From Candidatus Undinarchaeales archaeon (GTDB lineage Archaea > SpSt-1190 > JASMDC01): a stretch of 36,920 nt of DNA. The notes under the pieces were generated by a model. The model was not told the origin of the DNA and searched no databases. It saw nothing but the letters and a program-made list of their open reading frames with translations. Below are positions 27,323 through 35,196 of the stretch, piece after piece; the stretch's first letter is position 1, and every line of letters begins with the position of its first letter. Location of the stretch: the NCBI GenBank assembly GCA_030753015.1, contig JASMDC010000034.1, forward strand, positions 240 through 37,159, given 5' to 3'. A program made the position numbers and the translations under genes.

Positions 27323-28765
27323 ATGAGGCACACCCGAAAGAGCCTCTATTCCCGGATCGAACGGGAGCACGCGACCATCATCGACACACTCTGTGGCCTC
27401 GTCCGGACCCGGCCTGTGAACCATCCTGAGCGGGGTATCAAGCCCCCATCTGAGACCGCCCATATCTGCTGTGACCTCATGGAGAAGGTTGGTCTTAAGG
27501 CGATGGTGCATGAAAGGAACGGCTATTATTCAGCGCTAGGGATCCTGGACACCGGCCGAACGGGACCCACAGTGGTGATGGAGGGCCATCTTGACGTCGT
27601 TCCTGGAGCGGAGGACCAGTTCGAGCCACGTGTGACCGAGGACAGGATCATCGGGCGTGGTGCCCTCGATATGCTCTGCTCGGTCCCTACCAGTATCGTT
27701 GCTATCAAGGCAATCAAGGAGTCGGACGAAGAGCTGGGCGGGAAGCTCTATCTCGCCCTCGGTGCCGACGAGGAGACCGGTGGGATGTATGGAGTCGGGC
27801 ACATGGCCACTATGATGGAGCGCCCCGACCATGTCATCGGTATGGAGCCCACGGACCTCGGGATAGTCGTCCGAAGGCGTGCCATGCACATCATTGATGT
27901 CCGGTTCCCTCAGCGTCTGGTACCTCGTGGTTTTATTGATCCATGCGCTGTGTACGTCCGTGTGGACGGCCATGCTGTGCACTCCAGCCATATGTGGAAG
28001 TGCCGTGCTCACGCAGCTGTGAACGCGGCACGGTTCCTCGAGGATATACGCCAGCAGTTCAACGTCGGTGTCCTTGGACTGCGGTTCGGTGATGTCAAGA
28101 ACCGAACACCCGAACACTGTGACCTCAAGCTCGTTGTGAGCGCAGCGGACCTCGAGAGACTGGGTGTTCCATACAAACTGCTGTTCCCCGTCGCTGCCGG
28201 TGTGACGGACGAGGGCCTAGAGCATCTCCTCCGGGCAGTGGCTGTAATCAGTGACACACACGTACCACAGGCCGAGACCTCTGATTACGGAGTTGCCATC
28301 GGGCCCAATGTCATCGTCAACGAAGGGCGCGGTGGGTATGTCCTGAAGGTTGACACGCGAGTGATGACCGACCACTCAGCAGAGGTGGCGCATTCCTTCC
28401 GGAATTCCCTGTACAACGCAGGTGTGTCGTTCTCGTCCCTCGATATCGTCCACTCGGACCGTTCCCTCATGACTTCGCCAACGAGCGTACTCTTCAGATC
28501 CATGGAGCGCAACCTCATGTCACTCAGGAAGTCGAGGGGCGAGGAGTTACCAGTGACCCTCGTTCGGGAGGGCGCAGGCCAGTCCGATCTTAGGTATTTC
28601 CCCGGTACAGGTGCCCAATGCATCGAAGTAGGCCCCCGGGGGAACGGTGCCCACGCTCGCAATGAGTATGTCGAGACGGATTCACTGACGATTCATGCAA
28701 AGGCGCTTGCGGCCACACTTCTCGACCTCATGGGTGATGGGCGTGCCACGTGGGCGACGTCCTGA
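27323..28765 (+). CDS. M20 family metallopeptidase/deacylase (ArgE/DapE/LysK-like)
   Basis: EGHLDVV, GRGALDM, DEETGG, MEPT, AHARNEY. Confidence 0.88.
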   Translation: MRHTRKSLYSRIEREHATIIDTLCGLVRTRPVNHPERGIKPPSETAHICCDLMEKVGLKAMVHERNGYYSALGILDTGRTGPTVVMEGHLDVVPGAEDQFEPRVTEDRIIGRGALDMLCSVPTSIVAIKAIKESDEELGGKLYLALGADEETGGMYGVGHMATMMERPDHVIGMEPTDLGIVVRRRAMHIIDVRFPQRLVPRGFIDPCAVYVRVDGHAVHSSHMWKCRAHAAVNAARFLEDIRQQFNVGVLGLRFGDVKNRTPEHCDLKLVVSAADLERLGVPYKLLFPVAAGVTDEGLEHLLRAVAVISDTHVPQAETSDYGVAIGPNVIVNEGRGGYVLKVDTRVMTDHSAEVAHSFRNSLYNAGVSFSSLDIVHSDRSLMTSPTSVLFRSMERNLMSLRKSRGEELPVTLVREGAGQSDLRYFPGTGAQCIEVGPRGNGAHARNEYVETDSLTIHAKALAATLLDLMGDGRATWATS

Positions 28766-28829
28766 TCCATTGTAGGAGCGCGATTTGGGTTTGAGCTTTA
28801 TGAATCATGAAGGACTCTGTCAGACTCTC

Positions 28830-28952
28830 ATGGACGAGGGGGATGAGCAGTTTCTGCATGGGGAGGAGCTGCGACGGATCGATGAGATCATCGATACCAT
28901 GTTCGTATCGCTCCGTTCAATGGAGATGGCCTCCCCACCGAACGAGTATTGA
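28830..28952 (+). CDS. Putative 40-aa small protein (not in the ORF track)
   Basis: MDEGDEQFLHGEELRRIDEIIDTMFVSLRSMEMASPPNEY*; TTTATGAA at 28797-28804 lies 25 nt upstream. Confidence 0.5.
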   Translation: MDEGDEQFLHGEELRRIDEIIDTMFVSLRSMEMASPPNEY

Positions 28953-29111
28953 GCTGCACGTTCGCTTTCCGAACTGCAGTTCATTGATTTCTGAGCAAGC
29001 TCATATCTACGTAGGTGAACCGCTCATTATCACAATGATGGAAAAGCCACGTCGCCACCTCCGCTCGATCAGCATCATCGGCCGGGACATAGTATATGGG
29101 TTATTTTTCCA

Positions 29112-29183
29112 GACGCCACCCGTCGGGCGCCTAACGGTCGGGACATTAAGTCCCGCAACCAGGTAAAGGTTGCTTGGTACATC
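29112..29183 (-). ncRNA. Candidate structured RNA (three hairpins closed by a basal stem)
   Basis: Stems gcaacc/ggttgc, cgggac/gtcccg and ccgt/acgg, plus basal gatgtac/gtggcgtc with G-U pairs on the minus strand. Confidence 0.3.
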
Positions 29184-29217
29184 GTTTTTTTCTACTGGAC
29201 TACTTAATGGTGATAAA

Positions 29218-29257
29218 GATTTATTAAAGTTTATTAAATCAGTGTCACCTTGTGACA
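29218..29257. promoter_or_regulatory. AT-rich 23-bp near-palindrome plus a 6-3-6 inverted repeat
   Basis: GATTTATTAAAGTTTATTAAATC at 29218-29240 and TGTCAC-CTT-GTGACA at 29243-29257. Confidence 0.5.
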
Positions 29258-29342
29258 TACTCCCACGACAGCTACCGTAGTAAATGCTATAAGCAGCCAT
29301 TGACATGATATATGCTAGGGTGTTGGAAAACCCTCCGTGAGA

Positions 29343-30698
29343 ATGGTACGAGAAGGGAAGAAGAAGGCAGGACGCGAACGTCGATCATCCCCCAAAGGAT
29401 CACGTGATGACTCCCGGGATCACGCTCCTGTTGACGATGCAATCGAGTTGAAAGAGATCGGTGATGAGAGGCCGCTCCAAGTCGTGAACCGTCGGGACTT
29501 CGTGCAGGAAGGGATTACCTTTCTTGCGCTGGCCGGTCTTGCCGGTATAAGCTTACGTGCGCTCAAACCCCCGACGACAGGACCTGATCCGACACTCCAC
29601 CCCCTTGAGGGCCCACCTTCACCCATTCCGGGTGATAGCGCTTCTGGACCGTCACCAGCAGGCACTCCCGTTCCAGGTCTGCAAGAAGCGAGCTTCTATG
29701 TCCAGGCAGCAGGTGGCAAGGTCGCCTGCGACCTGTGCCCTCATGGCTGTGTCCTCTCGCCAGGCCAACGCGGCATCTGTCGGGTCCGGGAGAACCATGA
29801 CGGACGCCTTTATACCCACGGTTATGGGAATCCGTGCTCGATCCATATTGATCCCATCGAGAAGAAGCCACTGCTCCACTTCCTCCCGACCACCACGGCG
29901 TTCTCTATCGCTATCGGTGGATGTAACTTCAGATGTCTCAACTGTCAGAACTGGGAGATCTCCCAGCGTACTCCCGAGGAGGTCGAGCAAGGGGAGTTAA
30001 CCCCTGCCGAGGTAGCCGAGCTCGCCAAACGGGACGGCTGTGCATCGGTCGCCTATACGTACTCGGAGCCATCTGCGTGGTACGAGTACATGCTCGACAG
30101 TGGGACCGCGACACGTGCACTGGGTATGCGGAACGTGTGGGTGACGAACGGCTATCTCAACCAGAGGCCGCTCAAGGAGCTGTGCAAGGTGCTCGATGGT
30201 GCGAACGTCGACCTCAAGGCATTCTCTGAGAAGATGTACAGCGAGCTATGCTCGGGGACATTACGACCGGTCAAGGACACCATCGTGACGCTCAGGGAAC
30301 AGGGTGTATGGGTGGAGGTTGCAACACTACTGGTCCCCGGGTATACCGATGACATGGACCTTTTACGTGATATGTGCACTTGGCTGGTCAAGGCCCTCGG
30401 TCCTGATGTGCCGCATCATATCTCCCGGTTCCATCCGGACTATAAGCTTACTCACCTTCCTTGGACACCTATGAAGGCACTGAAGGAAGCTCGTGAGATC
30501 GCACGAGATGCTGGGGAGCATTATGTCTATGTGGGTAACGTCGCCCCATCCTCCGACATCCCCGATCCCGAGACGACCTACTGTCCGTCATGTGGACAGG
30601 CCGTCATCGAGCGCACTGGTTTCGTGGTAACAAAGTTCGATTTAGAAGGTGGCTCCTGCCCGAAATGTGGTGAATCCATTGCAGGAGTGTGGGCCTAG
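29343..30698 (+). CDS. amrS: AmmeMemoRadiSam system radical SAM enzyme with N-terminal Tat-like extension
   Basis: CDLCPHGC...GICRVR, DPIEKKPLLHF, GCNFRCLNCQNWEISQ, AYTYSEP, HISRFHP, CPSCG/CPKCG; N-terminal NRRDFV followed by a hydrophobic helix. Confidence 0.92.
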   Translation: MVREGKKKAGRERRSSPKGSRDDSRDHAPVDDAIELKEIGDERPLQVVNRRDFVQEGITFLALAGLAGISLRALKPPTTGPDPTLHPLEGPPSPIPGDSASGPSPAGTPVPGLQEASFYVQAAGGKVACDLCPHGCVLSPGQRGICRVRENHDGRLYTHGYGNPCSIHIDPIEKKPLLHFLPTTTAFSIAIGGCNFRCLNCQNWEISQRTPEEVEQGELTPAEVAELAKRDGCASVAYTYSEPSAWYEYMLDSGTATRALGMRNVWVTNGYLNQRPLKELCKVLDGANVDLKAFSEKMYSELCSGTLRPVKDTIVTLREQGVWVEVATLLVPGYTDDMDLLRDMCTWLVKALGPDVPHHISRFHPDYKLTHLPWTPMKALKEAREIARDAGEHYVYVGNVAPSSDIPDPETTYCPSCGQAVIERTGFVVTKFDLEGGSCPKCGESIAGVWA

Positions 30699-30762
30699 TT
30701 CTCTCACACTCACCACTGTATTTTTCAATCTTGACCGAATGCTAATCGGCGAGGGATCAATA

Positions 30763-31392
30763 ATGGAAATGTTGGACAACATCCACTGGCTCGGTCATGC
30801 GAGCTTCAAAGTCACTGGACCGCTCACGGTCTATATCGATCCTTGGAACGTCTCCGAGACCCATGATGCTGACATCGTGCTGGTCACGCACGACCACTAC
30901 GACCACCTCTCGGTGGACGATGTCGCCCGAGTCGCCAAACCGGACGCCGTTGTCGTGGCACCCCCGGGCGCGGAGGGTAAGATCGGTCCCACGGGCCTCG
31001 CATTCCAGCCACTCGGTCCCGGGCAGGCAGCTACTGTGAAGGGTATGGCAGTCGAGGCGGTCGCTGCATACAATCCTGCTAAACCATTTCATCCCAGCTC
31101 CAACGGATGGAACGGATATGTGTTCACTCTCGACGATACACGCATCTATCATGCTGGTGATTCCGACCTGACTCCCGAGATGCAGCGCGTCACCGCTGAC
31201 ATAGTACTTCTACCGGTGGGCGGGAAGTTCACCATGGATGCGAGCGAGGCCGCGCGTGCGGTCCAGGCGATAAAGCCCAAAGCTGCCATCCCGATGCATT
31301 GGGGGACCATCGTGGGCAACGAGGACGACGCTCGACGTTTCTGCTCCATTGTTGGCATGGTAGGACTCATCAAACCAAAGGAGAGCAATTAG
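30763..31392 (+). CDS. Metallo-beta-lactamase fold hydrolase (UPF0173/Lactamase_B_3-like)
   Basis: WLGHASF, YIDP, THDHYDH, YHAGD, LLPVGG, IPMHWG. Confidence 0.9.
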   Translation: MEMLDNIHWLGHASFKVTGPLTVYIDPWNVSETHDADIVLVTHDHYDHLSVDDVARVAKPDAVVVAPPGAEGKIGPTGLAFQPLGPGQAATVKGMAVEAVAAYNPAKPFHPSSNGWNGYVFTLDDTRIYHAGDSDLTPEMQRVTADIVLLPVGGKFTMDASEAARAVQAIKPKAAIPMHWGTIVGNEDDARRFCSIVGMVGLIKPKESN

Positions 31393-31474
31393 CTGAGACC
31401 GTGGGCAGGGGCTCCCGCGCACATTTACCACTCCAGGTCTAGGTATATAAAACATAACGAGGAAAGGTCGCGCG

Positions 31475-31810
31475 ATGGGTACGAAGGGGAAGCTAGCGGA
31501 AAAGGCAGTGGCCCTGGAAGCGGAATTTATCAGGCTCGAGTCCCAGCGTCGCGTTCTTAGGGACGAGATACGCATCCTCGAACGTGAGGTGTACGAGCTC
31601 CATCATCTTCGGGCCGAGAAGAATGGTACATGTCCCTTCTGCAAGAGAGCCTTCACCTCCGAGGTCATCGACAACCTTCTTGTCGAACGCGAGGAAGAGC
31701 TCGAGGGCATCATTTCGGCTCTCGACGATGTGCGTGAGAGTCATGCGGAAGCCGAGAAGAATCTTGTCGATATGCACAAGAAGATGAGCGGTGGTACGAA
31801 GGACGTCTAA
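31475..31810 (+). CDS. Small coiled-coil protein with a central CPFC (Rad50-type zinc-hook-like) motif
   Basis: Heptad-rich helices flank GTCPFCKRAFT; TATATAAA at 31444-31451 upstream. Confidence 0.75.
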   Translation: MGTKGKLAEKAVALEAEFIRLESQRRVLRDEIRILEREVYELHHLRAEKNGTCPFCKRAFTSEVIDNLLVEREEELEGIISALDDVRESHAEAEKNLVDMHKKMSGGTKDV

Positions 31811-31811
31811 T

Positions 31812-32870
31812 ATGGTACCGCGAGGATGGACCTTCGCTCTGTTCGTATTGGCGCTACTAGCCATACCTTGTGTGGGTTATAGCTTCGATTCGATCACTTA
31901 CTCCATCAGTATCATAAACGAGACGGCCTCTGACGAGGAGATCGAGTTTACCATCATCAATGACGAGAACACGACACTGGACTCTTTCAACCATACATTC
32001 TCAGGTTCTCTCGAAGTGTTCTCAGTGCTCATGGATGGGCAGAAACCGTCTTATGAACTGCATCCACTTGATGAGCGTGGCTCACGTGTACAACTGCGAG
32101 TGCCGTTCAGTCGGCCGATTGATCCTGGGGACCGCTCCAGCTTCATTATTAAGGTCAGAACGCATGGGCATGTCGAGAAGGTGGGGGACGGGTATATGTT
32201 CTCCCGCAGCTTCGGTTTCAAAAAGCGGTCCTCCCTCTTCAAATCCTCCGTATACCTTCCCATCGGGGCCATGCTGCCCACTCCGGGAAAGGAAGAGGCA
32301 CCAGCTCTCTTCTTCCCACTGGGTGACATTTCACATGATGGCCGCAGGCTCAAACTTTCCTGGGCCGTGAACGACCTTGCTGCACGCGAGTCCTTTGTCA
32401 CCTTCATCCTCTACGAATTCCCACCAGAGGTCACTACGATCGTCAAGACCGTACTGATTGAGAATAATGATACACGTCGCATGCTAGATAGTGCGCTCAA
32501 CACCTCCGAGCTCCTGCGGGTCCAGCTCCAGGACGAGCAGTCCACGAAGCTGATGCTCTATGCATTCCTCCTTTTAGAGACCGTGGCCCTGGCACTCATC
32601 GCTTACTTCCACCTATTCTCCCGCGCCCGCGCCGCCCAGGGCGTCAGCTCCCTTATCCTCGATAGCCTTGACGAGGACGAAGCATGCGTGCTATCCAAGG
32701 TCGTGGAACAGGTCGAGCCCATCACCCAGCGTGAGATTCAGGACATCCTCGGATTCAGCAAGGCAAAGCTATCGCGAACCCTGGACCGACTCGAGGCGAA
32801 GGGTTTCATCAAGAAGGTGAGGTGTGGACGCACAAACAAGGTCCACGTCACAGAAAAAGCGCTCCGGTAA
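31812..32870 (+). CDS. Membrane-anchored protein: signal peptide, extracellular domain, TM helix and C-terminal winged HTH (COG2512-like)
   Basis: N-terminal hydrophobic signal, several N-x-S/T sequons, TM LMLYAFLLLETVALALIAYF, then LDEDE...ITQREI...FSKAKLSRTLDRLEAKGFIKK...GRTNKV. Confidence 0.85.
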   Translation: MVPRGWTFALFVLALLAIPCVGYSFDSITYSISIINETASDEEIEFTIINDENTTLDSFNHTFSGSLEVFSVLMDGQKPSYELHPLDERGSRVQLRVPFSRPIDPGDRSSFIIKVRTHGHVEKVGDGYMFSRSFGFKKRSSLFKSSVYLPIGAMLPTPGKEEAPALFFPLGDISHDGRRLKLSWAVNDLAARESFVTFILYEFPPEVTTIVKTVLIENNDTRRMLDSALNTSELLRVQLQDEQSTKLMLYAFLLLETVALALIAYFHLFSRARAAQGVSSLILDSLDEDEACVLSKVVEQVEPITQREIQDILGFSKAKLSRTLDRLEAKGFIKKVRCGRTNKVHVTEKALR

Positions 32871-32930
32871 CGCCGCAGGATAGCTTTAAGTGCTTTGGGC
32901 GGAGAGAGGGATGCTACGAGGTGCTTGACC

Positions 32931-33341
32931 ATGAGTGAAGACAAGAAGGACAAGGATCGAAAGGATGATGTCGACGAGTCGGCGTCCGATACGATTGAGG
33001 AGAAGACGGTCGAAGCACCCCGCGAAGAGAAAGATTCACAGGAAGAGGATGCTGCTGAGGAAGAGTCTACCGAGGACGAGGAAGAAGAGGAGAAGACGGA
33101 AGAGCGAAAGCCTCTTGCTAAACGCCCAACTAAACCCCCCGCTCCCAAGAAGAAGGCGGAAGAGGCCGGTCCCCTTGGGATTCCACAGCGCGACATACTC
33201 CCGCTTGTTATTGCACTGTCAGGATTGCTGGTGATGGTATTTGCTCGGTACCAGACCGCGAACCTCAACCTGCTCTATGGAGGTCTTGGACTGGTCGTCA
33301 TTGGTGTCATCGCCTTCGTTGTCACGAGCCTCACACGATGA
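32931..33341 (+). CDS. Acidic disordered protein with two C-terminal TM helices
   Basis: E/D/K-rich N-terminus, two hydrophobic segments, GAGGTG RBS before ATG 32931. Confidence 0.75.
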   Translation: MSEDKKDKDRKDDVDESASDTIEEKTVEAPREEKDSQEEDAAEEESTEDEEEEEKTEERKPLAKRPTKPPAPKKKAEEAGPLGIPQRDILPLVIALSGLLVMVFARYQTANLNLLYGGLGLVVIGVIAFVVTSLTR

Positions 33342-34062
33342 GGTATGCTTCGACAACGCCCGCCACCACGAGCGCGGTGCAGAGCACCCCGAGCAGACGG
33401 ACGTATGGTCTATGCACTCTTCGAACGGCGGAGTCCACGTCCCCACTGCTGTCCATGACCGTCAGGACCTCACATGCGATTGCGTAGCCTACCGATGCAC
33501 CGATAACCAGGACAGGAAGCTCTACGATCGCATGTGGGAGCACGTACCGGACGAGCGCGTAGAGACCATCGAGGCCGGTCAGGCCAGCGAGACCGAGGAG
33601 CATACCCGCGACCGCTCCATTGAGCGCCATCCCGCCTCCAGGGAAAAGGAATAGGAGGAAGTATGTGTCCTGGTCCTCGTCCGTAACATCATCCAGACCG
33701 GGATCGACATAGGCACCTAGCCTGTAGATTGCACGAGAGACCGGTCCCGGAGGGCGACGTTCGGTGATCCGTGCGAGGAACAGTCCACCAAGTGCCATGA
33801 ATAGGAGAGCAATGACGTTGTTGGCCATCAAGGCAAGGGAGATGCCAGCACCTGTCGCGCCTGCGGCCTCTCCTACTGCATGCCCGACCGCAACCGGCGC
33901 GACGACCCGGGTCATTGCCACGGTAATAGCTTGGCCTGATCGGATAGGTGCCGCGAGATTACCCAGAAAGACCAGGCCGAGGCCGAAAAGAACCCCCTCG
34001 ACGAACCTCCATAACATGTGCGGGATAGCGACCCGCACCCCGGGAGGGAGCATCCTACGCAC
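33331..34062 (-). CDS. Stage II sporulation protein M (SpoIIM) family membrane protein
   Basis: MANNVIA, NG...G, LPHAIVELP, VAGVVEAY; overlaps the antiporter stop. Confidence 0.8.
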   Translation of the reverse strand: MRRMLPPGVRVAIPHMLWRFVEGVLFGLGLVFLGNLAAPIRSGQAITVAMTRVVAPVAVGHAVGEAAGATGAGISLALMANNVIALLFMALGGLFLARITERRPPGPVSRAIYRLGAYVDPGLDDVTDEDQDTYFLLFLFPGGGMALNGAVAGMLLGLAGLTGLDGLYALVRYVLPHAIVELPVLVIGASVGYAIACEVLTVMDSSGDVDSAVRRVHRPYVRLLGVLCTALVVAGVVEAYLIV

Positions 34063-35098
34063 CGGTACCTGAACCGACGATGTTCACTATGAGCGCCAAG
34101 TAGAGCAGGAACAGGAGCGAGGCCTCGAACCGAGTAAGGCGCCTGTCAATGAGCATGATGACCAGGAGGAGGGTCACCAGCACCATGGCCGGTGCATAGA
34201 ACGAGAGGATGAGGGGAGGTACCATCATCACACTACCGCCGGACATCGAGGGGTAGATAATGGAGCAAATCCCGATGACGACCAGGATGTTGAAGTTGTT
34301 CGAGCCCATTATACCGCCCGTGATCATCTCCTCTTGTCCCTTGAACTGGGATATGAGCGAGGTGACGAGCTCTGGGAGCGATGTACCGATGGCGACGATG
34401 GTGAATCCGATAATGACGTCGAGGACGTCATCGGCGATGCCCAGCATCCTGCCCACATCGGTACCGATGGAGACCGCACCGGTCACCGTTGCTCGGGAAC
34501 CTAAGAACACGAACACGATCCCCAGCAGGACAAGCATCCCGGCCTTGCGGGGAGGTATGCTTGGCTCCTCCGCCTTGCTGCGGGATCCGCGGAGGTTCGT
34601 GACATATGCCACGTACATCATAAGGAGGATGACACCTTCCAGGGGGACGATCTTCCCGTCGAGCGAGACGATGACGAACGCGAACGTGGACACAAGAAGG
34701 AAAGGGACCTCGGCAAGGAGCACGTTCCACTTGATATCGATACCATGGACCATACCACAGATACCGAGCACGAGAGTGATGTTGGCGATGTTGGAACCTA
34801 CGATGTTACCGAGCACCAGGTCAGGTTTATCGATAGTGAGAGCCATCAGCGATGCGCCAAGTTCCGGAAGGCTCGTTCCCAGTGCGACTATCGTGGAGCC
34901 GACCAAGAATGCCGGTACTCCAAAGTGGATCCCGAGATTGGACGCGCCCTCAGTGAACCGGTCAGCACCGGATACGAGCACAACGATACCACAGAGGAAG
35001 AGCAGATAGGGATTGTTCAACCCCGTCGTTGGGAATAGCATGCCCATTAATAAGAGGATAAAGGCCAGAGCTGAGGCGATATCCTGCTGACTGACCAC
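34055..35098 (-). CDS. Calcium/sodium antiporter (YrbG/CaCA family)
   Basis: Two alpha repeats: GTSLPE...GNIVGSNIAN and GTSLPE...GGIMGSNNFN. Confidence 0.93.
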   Translation of the reverse strand: MVSQQDIASALAFILLLMGMLFPTTGLNNPYLLFLCGIVVLVSGADRFTEGASNLGIHFGVPAFLVGSTIVALGTSLPELGASLMALTIDKPDLVLGNIVGSNIANITLVLGICGMVHGIDIKWNVLLAEVPFLLVSTFAFVIVSLDGKIVPLEGVILLMMYVAYVTNLRGSRSKAEEPSIPPRKAGMLVLLGIVFVFLGSRATVTGAVSIGTDVGRMLGIADDVLDVIIGFTIVAIGTSLPELVTSLISQFKGQEEMITGGIMGSNNFNILVVIGICSIIYPSMSGGSVMMVPPLILSFYAPAMVLVTLLLVIMLIDRRLTRFEASLLFLLYLALIVNIVGSGTGA

Positions 35099-35196
35099 GG
35101 TGGCAGCTGGGCGCTCACATTTTATAAAGGCATGGGTGACGGGATTCGCCTGTTACGGGGAAACCCTTTTCAAGCTTAGGCAAGGGTGGGGTCATT

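Noticed and set aside
29146-29159. TTAAGTCCCGCAAC matches a conserved bacterial 16S rRNA segment
   Set aside because: Only 14 nt; the flanks do not continue the rRNA sequence and the archaeal version differs, so it is treated as chance.
29218-29240. Palindrome as a Xer dif site or replication origin
   Set aside because: It lacks the 11-6-11 dif layout, and no ORB G-strings or cdc6/orc1 gene are nearby.
29007-29306. 99-aa minus-strand ORF and the overlapping 119-aa plus ORF 28807..29166
   Set aside because: Atypical composition and codon use, no motifs, and they run through the palindromic AT-rich elements.
34260-35009. Long antisense ORFs (also 13091..13933, 15419..16207, 24511..25293, 5625..6362)
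   Set aside because: Shadows of well-supported genes on the opposite strand, expected at high GC.
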